DNA of 64,000 nucleotides from Waddliaceae bacterium (GTDB lineage Bacteria; Chlamydiota; Chlamydiia; Chlamydiales; SLFE01): NCBI GenBank assembly GCA_963783885.1, contig CAWAPJ010000029.1, positions 1 to 64,000 of the forward strand, read 5' to 3'. Shown piece by piece: positions 57,475 to 64,000 of this stretch (position 1 is its first letter; each line of letters starts with the position of its first letter). The notes under the pieces were generated by a model. It saw only the letters and a program-made list of their open reading frames with translations, ran no database searches and was not told where the DNA came from. The position numbers and the translations under genes were made by a program.

Positions 57475-59469
57475 ATGGCTCGCCGATTCATTTTTATATT
57501 AATTACTTTTTTTGTTCCTTTTGCGGCATATGGAAAACCTCCGGTTATCAATGCCAAGGAAGCTCATGAGAAACTCGAAGAGATTATGAGCACCCACGTT
57601 TCGCAAAAGAAGCTGACTCCCGAGATTGTCAAAAGAGCTCTTGTCAATTTTATCGACGAGTTGGATCCCACAAAAACATATTTTATCGAATCCGACATTC
57701 AGAAGTGGATCGACCCTTCCGACAAACTGGTGGCCGAAGTAGAAGATAATGTGAATCACTCCGACTTCTCAAACTTCAACGCCATTTACGATGTTATGAT
57801 CAACGCTATTGAAAGGCGCGACAGGCTCGAAGCAATGATAGACGAGTCTTCGCTTCCTGAAAAAGTCGACGCCAATAAGTTTAAGGATATGGATTGGGCA
57901 AAATCGGAGCAGGAGCTCTTGACTCGAATCATGGAGGTAAAAGCCCTTCAGCTTCAGGCGGCGCGGAAGTTGACCGACGAGCTTCAGGAAAAATCGCTGC
58001 AAAGAATCAACAAGCAGAGGCAAAAATACGAGGAAGAAATCCTTAATTACAATCCGACATACCGAAGAGAGCTCATTTTATCGAAAGTTTTAAAAGCCTT
58101 TGCTTCCTCTCTTGACTCCCATACCGCCTACTTCACGCCCGAAGAAGCGCAGCAGTTTTTGATCAATGTACAGCAACGCCTTTTCGGCATAGGAGCAGCC
58201 CTTCGCGATGATATCAATGGTTTCAGGGTCATAAAAATTATCGAAGGGGGCCCGGCGGATCGAGAGGGAGAGTTGAAAGTTGATGATCTGATCATTGCTG
58301 TAAATGGAGAACCGGTTGTGGGAATGAGCATCACCGATGCCGTCAGCCTGATCAGAGGGGAAGAAAATACACCTGTGACCCTGACAGTTCTTAGGGACAA
58401 GAAAGAAGACGACAAGGTGGTCGATCAGAAAACCCTCGACATTACCGTGATCCGAAATGAAGTGGTTTTAAAAGAGAGCCGTTATGAGGCCACCTACGAG
58501 CCTTTTGGAAACGGTGTGATCGCCTATCTCAAATTATTTTCCTTTTACCAGGATCCCGAAAGTTCTTCCGCGGCTGATCTGACTCGCGAACTGGAGAAGA
58601 TTAAAAAGGATCATAAAGTTCTGGGGGTCGTTTTAGACCTTCGCAATAACTCCGGGGGAATGCTGTCACAGGCTGTGGCGGTGACAGGGTTGTTCATTAC
58701 CAAGGGAGTTGTTGTTTCCATTAAAGACGATTCGGGTAAAATCCAGCATCTTCGCGATTTAGACGGCAAAACAATCTGGAATGGTCCGCTTATAGTGATG
58801 GTCAATCGCGCGAGCGCATCTGCTTCCGAGATCGTGGCGGGAACGCTACAGGATTATGGCCGCGCCATTATTGTTGGAGATGACCACACTTTTGGAAAAG
58901 GGTCGTTTCAAACCTTTACACTGAATGCCTCGGGCCAAGGAGAAGTGAATCCGGAAGGAGAGTACAAAGTAACAAGGGGCCGCTATTATACTGTATCCGG
59001 AAGAAGCCCTCAGCTTGTAGGTGTTAAATCGGATATCGTGGTTCCGGGAATACTTTCGGAATCGGAAGTTGGCGAGCAGTATGCCAAATACCCTCTTGCC
59101 AACGCCAGCATTGAGCCGAGCTTTGATGACGACCTCTCGGATGTTCCCTTCTTTCAAAGGGCTAAAATTACGAATCTGTATAAATTCAACCTGCAGCCGA
59201 AACTTCATGTCTATGACAAGTACATCCCTATTTTGAAGAAGAATTCCGAGGAGCGTATCGCAGGCAACAAAAACTATCAGGCTCTGCTCGAAGAGGTCAA
59301 GAAGAAGGATTTGAATTTTGACGAGGACAAAGAAGCCGGATGGGGAAAGAACGACCTTCAGCTGACCGAGGGAATGAATATCATGAAAGATTTGATCATG
59401 CTTCAAAAGCTGCAGGCAGTCGATAAAGAAGAGAATGAAGCTCAGGAGCCCGCGGCTATTGGAGCGTAG
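57475..59469 (+). CDS. tsp: Tail-specific protease (S41, PDZ; CT441-like)
   Basis: Signal peptide, LDSHTAYF, GIGA PDZ, LDLRNNSGG, SASASEIVAG.LQD, TFGKGS.Q. Confidence 0.93.
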   Translation: MARRFIFILITFFVPFAAYGKPPVINAKEAHEKLEEIMSTHVSQKKLTPEIVKRALVNFIDELDPTKTYFIESDIQKWIDPSDKLVAEVEDNVNHSDFSNFNAIYDVMINAIERRDRLEAMIDESSLPEKVDANKFKDMDWAKSEQELLTRIMEVKALQLQAARKLTDELQEKSLQRINKQRQKYEEEILNYNPTYRRELILSKVLKAFASSLDSHTAYFTPEEAQQFLINVQQRLFGIGAALRDDINGFRVIKIIEGGPADREGELKVDDLIIAVNGEPVVGMSITDAVSLIRGEENTPVTLTVLRDKKEDDKVVDQKTLDITVIRNEVVLKESRYEATYEPFGNGVIAYLKLFSFYQDPESSSAADLTRELEKIKKDHKVLGVVLDLRNNSGGMLSQAVAVTGLFITKGVVVSIKDDSGKIQHLRDLDGKTIWNGPLIVMVNRASASASEIVAGTLQDYGRAIIVGDDHTFGKGSFQTFTLNASGQGEVNPEGEYKVTRGRYYTVSGRSPQLVGVKSDIVVPGILSESEVGEQYAKYPLANASIEPSFDDDLSDVPFFQRAKITNLYKFNLQPKLHVYDKYIPILKKNSEERIAGNKNYQALLEEVKKKDLNFDEDKEAGWGKNDLQLTEGMNIMKDLIMLQKLQAVDKEENEAQEPAAIGA

Positions 59470-60835
59470 TTTCGAAAAAGGCGTTCAGATTTTTTAGAGG
59501 GATGGATTTCGCTTTTTCTAACAATTCCTTTTTGGCTTGAGAAGAGCCGATAGTTCCAAGGTGGGAAAAAGCCATAAGCAAAATTAACCGGTCATATTGG
59601 AAAAAATATTTTTTGACATCGTTGACAATGTCATTTAGGTTTGATGAACTGATTTGCGAAGCGTAATGTTTTTTTTGAGTGTTGACTAAGCTGAGGAAAT
59701 TGTTCAGCTGGCTGAATGAGACCTCCGCTATTTCATAAAGAATTTCATGTATAAAATCGGTATCGCTCAAATTGTCGAATAATGGACATAGGAGCTCTTG
59801 GTATTTTAGAATGAAATCTTCTCCAATTTTCGCGACGCCTTCGAGAATCTTCGGAATTTGTCTCGTAGGTAGATTGTATTGGTCAGCGAAAGCCTTTGCT
59901 GATTGGTGAAATTTGTCGAATATCTCCACCAGTTCATTGCGTTCGTATTCATGTTTTAGGGCAAACAAATCGAGATAGTCATAAAAGGCATCTCGATTTT
60001 TGGCGTGCCGTAAGACGCATTGGATCACCTTTTTTTGTTGGTATTTCGGCAGACGGGCAACCATATGAAGAAAGTAATCAACCTCTTTCATATTACGGTT
60101 GCAGAATTTAGGATAGTTTTTCATCGCTTCCGGACAAAAGAGGCCCTTATGTTCATATTGGCTGATAAACCACAGGATATCACCTCTTAGCTTCTTTTCT
60201 TGAGGCTCCAGGCTTTCATAAGTCAAAAGAATTCGTTGCACATCGGTTCCAGACATTGTGTTATCGAGAAGGTTATAAGCGCAATTGACGGCCATCTCCG
60301 GATCGGAAAGGTAATTGACGCATGCCAGAATTTCTGCGATGTCTTTTCCCTTCATGTTTATGTGGGTCAGCCAAAAGACAAGCTTAGCAGTTTCTTCTCT
60401 TTTAGAAGCCGGCAGTTTAGAGACAGCCGCGAGAATCGCTTCGACATCGGCTCCGTTTAGATGCTGCCGAATTAAATATTTGGCTGCCATCATAGTGAGT
60501 TCTTTTTCTCCGAAACTTTGGTAAAAGAGCGCAGTTATCTTCTTGAGGATGGAATAAAAGTAAGAATCATCGGATAAATTTTTGTAGGCTTTAATGATTA
60601 TGTCCAAATCTTTTTGATTCATAGAATTGGTTGTGAGGGGAGTGATACGCCTAGCCGTGAGAAGCAATTGGTTGGAAAGACGGATTTCGCCGGAAAGGAG
60701 AATTCGCAGAGCAATCCTGACAGTCTGAGGGTTCGGGTTGTCAGGCATTATGCTCGTAATCTTGCTAATAACTTCATTCTCTAACGGCTTGTCAGCAGAT
60801 GGCAAGCATATATAATCTAAGGTATTCGTATTCAT
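59456..60835 (-). CDS. Hypothetical helical-repeat protein
   Basis: 459-aa AT-rich ORF with four ~21-aa repeat cores. Confidence 0.65.
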   Translation of the reverse strand: MNTNTLDYICLPSADKPLENEVISKITSIMPDNPNPQTVRIALRILLSGEIRLSNQLLLTARRITPLTTNSMNQKDLDIIIKAYKNLSDDSYFYSILKKITALFYQSFGEKELTMMAAKYLIRQHLNGADVEAILAAVSKLPASKREETAKLVFWLTHINMKGKDIAEILACVNYLSDPEMAVNCAYNLLDNTMSGTDVQRILLTYESLEPQEKKLRGDILWFISQYEHKGLFCPEAMKNYPKFCNRNMKEVDYFLHMVARLPKYQQKKVIQCVLRHAKNRDAFYDYLDLFALKHEYERNELVEIFDKFHQSAKAFADQYNLPTRQIPKILEGVAKIGEDFILKYQELLCPLFDNLSDTDFIHEILYEIAEVSFSQLNNFLSLVNTQKKHYASQISSSNLNDIVNDVKKYFFQYDRLILLMAFSHLGTIGSSQAKKELLEKAKSIPLKNLNAFFETTLQ

Positions 60836-60935
60836 TTTTCAAAACTATAGCAGATTAGTTTTTTTTGCGGTAATTGACATTCCTTTTTTTTAGCAGAGAT
60901 GCTATACTTTTTCTAAACCAAAGGATTTTTTTATT

Positions 60936-62444
60936 ATGACAGTTCGCGTTCGTATCGCTCCCTCTCCTACGGGCGACCCGCATGTGGGAACAGCTTTTAT
61001 GGCCCTTTTTAATCTGATTTTCGCGCGTCATCACGGGGGGCGGTTTATTCTTCGCATTGAAGATACCGACCGGTCGAGGAGCCGGACTGAATATGAAGAA
61101 AATATTTACAAATCGCTTCATTGGTGCGGGATCCATTGGGATGAGGGGCCCGATGTCGGCGGCGGCTTTGGCCCCTACAGGCAGTCCGAGAGGATGGAGA
61201 TGTACAAAGAGTATGTCGACAGGCTTCTTAAAGAAGACAAAGCCTACAAATGCTACTGCACTGCCGAAGAACTGGCGGAGAGGCGCCTCGTTCAGGCGAA
61301 TAGGGGAGGACGGCAGGGATATGACCGCCGCTGCCGCAATTTAAGCGATCAGGAAAGGCGGGCGTTCGAAGAGGTCGAGAGGCGCCCTTATGTTGTGCGG
61401 ATGAAGACGCCGCTTACGGGCGAGTGCGTATTTGAAGATGCCATTAAAGGGCGCATCACAACCCCTTGGCCTGATATCGACGACCAGGTCCTTTTAAAAT
61501 CCGACGGCTTTCCCACTTATCACCTCGCCAATGTTGTCGACGACCACCTGATGGAAATCACTCATGTGATTCGAGGAGATGAGTGGATCAGTTCCACCCC
61601 CAAGCATATCTTCTTGTATCAGGCCTTTGGATGGGAGGCGCCGGTCTTTATGCACATGCCCCTTTTGCTGGGGATGGACGGCAAAAAGCTCTCCAAGCGG
61701 AAGAATCCGACTTCGATCTTTTTCTATCGGGACTGCGGGTACCTGCCTGAAGCTTTTATGAATTTCATGACTTTGATGGGATACAGCATGCCCGGGGATC
61801 TTGAAATTTATTCCCTCGAAGATATTATTAAAGATTTTGACCCTAAGAGGATTGGGGTTTCAGGGGCGGTTTTCGATGTCAAGAAGCTTGACTGGATCAA
61901 TCAGCAATACCTCATCAAAAACATCCCGGAAGAAGAGCTTTGGGGCCGCATTCGGGATTGGGGCTTTAACGATGATTTTATGCAAAAGCTGATGCCTTTG
62001 GTTCATTCAAGGATCAAGACATTCGGAGACTTTATCAAACTCTGCGATTTTTTCTTTATCAACGACTTAGACTATACTCCCGAACTTTTTCAGGTGAAGA
62101 ATTTGACTCCTCCCCATGCGGCGATGATTCTTCAGGCTATGATCTGGCATCTTGAAGAAAATGAAAACTGGACAAGCGAGGGGATGAACCTCGCCTCGCG
62201 GGATGTCGCCGAAATTTTTAGCGTCAATCATAAAAAAGTCGTCATGCCGCTATTGTTTGCCAGTTTAATGGGCAAAAAACAAGGGCCTCCACTCTTTGGT
62301 TCAGTTCCCTTGCTGGGAAAGGACCGTACGCGGGCACGCCTTTTAAAGTCGATAGAATTTTTGGGCGGCATCTCCAACAAAAAGCTGAGTGAATTAAGAA
62401 AGGGATGGGACCATAAAAATTGTTCGAATTTAATTGCAGATTAA
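60936..62444 (+). CDS. gltX: Glutamate--tRNA ligase
   Basis: [14 protein letters not shown] (HIGH), LRIEDTD, KLSKR (KMSKS). Confidence 0.97.
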   Translation: MTVRVRIAPSPTGDPHVGTAFMALFNLIFARHHGGRFILRIEDTDRSRSRTEYEENIYKSLHWCGIHWDEGPDVGGGFGPYRQSERMEMYKEYVDRLLKEDKAYKCYCTAEELAERRLVQANRGGRQGYDRRCRNLSDQERRAFEEVERRPYVVRMKTPLTGECVFEDAIKGRITTPWPDIDDQVLLKSDGFPTYHLANVVDDHLMEITHVIRGDEWISSTPKHIFLYQAFGWEAPVFMHMPLLLGMDGKKLSKRKNPTSIFFYRDCGYLPEAFMNFMTLMGYSMPGDLEIYSLEDIIKDFDPKRIGVSGAVFDVKKLDWINQQYLIKNIPEEELWGRIRDWGFNDDFMQKLMPLVHSRIKTFGDFIKLCDFFFINDLDYTPELFQVKNLTPPHAAMILQAMIWHLEENENWTSEGMNLASRDVAEIFSVNHKKVVMPLLFASLMGKKQGPPLFGSVPLLGKDRTRARLLKSIEFLGGISNKKLSELRKGWDHKNCSNLIAD

Positions 62445-62470
62445 TGATTTAATTTTTTATTTATTAGTTA

Positions 62471-62992
62471 ATGATAACAATCCCCAATATTTTGTCTCTG
62501 CTGAGGATTCCCTTGGCTCTGGTCTTCTTTCAACAGAATGTTGTTTTGCGGGCTGTTGTCGTTCTTCTTGCGCTCTGCAGTGATGGGCTCGATGGTTATA
62601 TTGCAAGGCATTATAGGCAGACATCCCGTTTGGGGACGGTTCTCGATCCTTTAACCGATCGTTTTTTCGTGATTGTGGCCGTTTCCGTCTTTTATACTGA
62701 AAACCGGATTCAGGCATGGCAGGTCGCGGCGATGTTTTGCCGGGATTTTTCCATTTTGCTATTCGGGTTTTATTTGTTTCTTAAAGGGTCGCTCGCAGAG
62801 TATTATTTGCGCGCCATCTGGTGCGGTAAAGTGACAACGGTCGTTCAGCTTGCCGTCCTCCTTAGCTTGGTACTGAACCTTTTTGTCCCCAATATCGTTT
62901 ATTATATCCTGATCGCCCTTGGCGCTTTGGCGCTTATCGAACTGGCAATATCCAGCCCTCGCATCAAAGAGGAGGCTTCCCGGTTAAGGTAA
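62471..62992 (+). CDS. pgsA: CDP-alcohol phosphatidyltransferase (PgsA-like)
   Basis: IPNILSLLR, SDGLDGYIAR...TSRLGTVLDPLTD. Confidence 0.85.
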   Translation: MITIPNILSLLRIPLALVFFQQNVVLRAVVVLLALCSDGLDGYIARHYRQTSRLGTVLDPLTDRFFVIVAVSVFYTENRIQAWQVAAMFCRDFSILLFGFYLFLKGSLAEYYLRAIWCGKVTTVVQLAVLLSLVLNLFVPNIVYYILIALGALALIELAISSPRIKEEASRLR

Positions 62993-63398
62993 AGGGGGTC
63001 ATCAGGAGGTTGTCTTGGTTCTGCTCAATTTGAAAATTTTCAGGCGTTGTGATCATATTGGGCTTTGTCACATTTTCGCTCAGGTTCGAAATTGCCCATA
63101 AAGCGGCGATTTTACTGCATTCGTTCCAGTGCTTGACCCACTCATAGGGCTTGCTGCTGATACATGACACCGCATACCCTACAGGAAACATCAGGCAGCT
63201 TGTTGCATATTCGCCAAAGCCCACTCCCGCTAAAAGCGTGAAAGCTCCTTCGCACTTGACGACAGTCCAAACTGGAGGGAATTTTTTATATTTGTCTCTT
63301 TGAGTAATCCAGTTCTCCTCCTGGCCTTGGGGATTTCTCCATATGATTAATTTAGTTTGCAACCAGGCAGATAAGGAATCTGAAAAGTAATGAATCAT
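62964..63398 (-). CDS. Hypothetical membrane-associated protein
   Basis: ATG at 63398 preceded by AAGGAGA; the longer ORF-track start overlaps the methyltransferase gene. Confidence 0.5.
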   Translation of the reverse strand: MIHYFSDSLSAWLQTKLIIWRNPQGQEENWITQRDKYKKFPPVWTVVKCEGAFTLLAGVGFGEYATSCLMFPVGYAVSCISSKPYEWVKHWNECSKIAALWAISNLSENVTKPNMITTPENFQIEQNQDNLLMTPFTLTGKPPL

Positions 63399-63408
63399 AA
63401 ATGTCTCC

Positions 63409-64000
63409 TTATTTGGATAGAACGCAGGCAAAGCCCCCATCCCAACCATCTTTGTTCGGTAATATGACCTTATGACACAAGCAATTTCCCCACAATCTTT
63501 CTTCTTTGACAAGGTTTTGATTCTCGCAGGGCAGGATGCTGCACGTCATATAGAAAACTCTGCCATGGGGTGTTAATAAATCGAGGGCATGCCTTAAGAG
63601 CTTTTTTTGAAGCGAGCGGAGTTCTTCGACGGCACAAGAGTTGAGCCTCCAACGGGCTTCAGGCCGTTTGTTGAGCACTCCCGAATTGGTGCAGGGAGCA
63701 TCGACAATGATAAGATCATAACGATCATCAGTTGAAAACGTTTCTCCACGGCTGATTGAATAGTCGGCATTGATGCCGTATTTTTCAAAATTTTCCCGTA
63801 TTTTATTCATCTTGCCTTCCGAAACATCATTGACAGTGAGTTTTGCCTGGGGATAAAGATCATGGGCAAGCAGGGCCTTTCCCCCGGGAGAGGCTGCGAG
63901 GTCTAAAATGGTCTTGGGAGGTTTTGTCAAAAAATTAGCCATTTTCCCCATGAGAAGAACTGGGGTGATGTTCTGAATATAAATATCCGGAGATTCGGAA
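63409..64000 (-). CDS. rsmB: RsmB/NOP2/Sun-family RNA m5C methyltransferase, 3' part (truncated by window end)
   Basis: YIQN, DLAASPGGK, DAPCTNSG..KRPE, YMTCSI..EN. Confidence 0.85.
   Translation of the reverse strand, partial: SESPDIYIQNITPVLLMGKMANFLTKPPKTILDLAASPGGKALLAHDLYPQAKLTVNDVSEGKMNKIRENFEKYGINADYSISRGETFSTDDRYDLIIVDAPCTNSGVLNKRPEARWRLNSCAVEELRSLQKKLLRHALDLLTPHGRVFYMTCSILPCENQNLVKEERLWGNCLCHKVILPNKDGWDGGFACVLSK

Noticed and set aside
59456..60935. Absence of omcAB/crpA between tsp and gltX as evidence of gene loss
   Set aside because: That linkage is the Chlamydiaceae arrangement; the genes may lie outside this window

Overview
This 64-kb window is chromosomal DNA from an environmental (non-Chlamydiaceae) member of the Chlamydiota. 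The evidence is three Npt/NTT nucleotide transporters, a CT066/DdbA-like gene, the ytgABCD operon with the YtgC-YtgR fusion, a NUE-like SET protein, a CHLPS-43kDa-type hydrolase, tsp and gltX. Metabolic genes absent from Chlamydiaceae include icd, prpBCD with divergent beta-oxidation genes, gabD, pdxH and a P3A-type H+-ATPase. Many eukaryote-like candidate effectors are present: two protein kinases, a classical PTP, two F-box proteins, a PI-kinase-like protein with possible degenerate SH2-like domains, and an ankyrin lipoprotein. The most notable items are (i) a 1126-aa protein whose N-terminus resembles the eukaryotic FAM46/TENT5 nucleotidyltransferase, (ii) a 60-aa Bd0055-like bacterial histone, (iii) an orphan Cys-rich bufferin (BufA2)-like precursor, (iv) a HEPN-MNT toxin-antitoxin pair bracketed by a degenerate duplicate of the prpD 3' end, (v) 162-bp tRNA-Ser-linked tandem repeats, and (vi) a 176-nt palindromic element plus a perfect 16-bp palindrome in front of ytgA. 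Four genes carry single-base frameshifts, mostly in homopolymers, which are probably assembly errors. All family calls come from motif recognition by eye; no searches were run.
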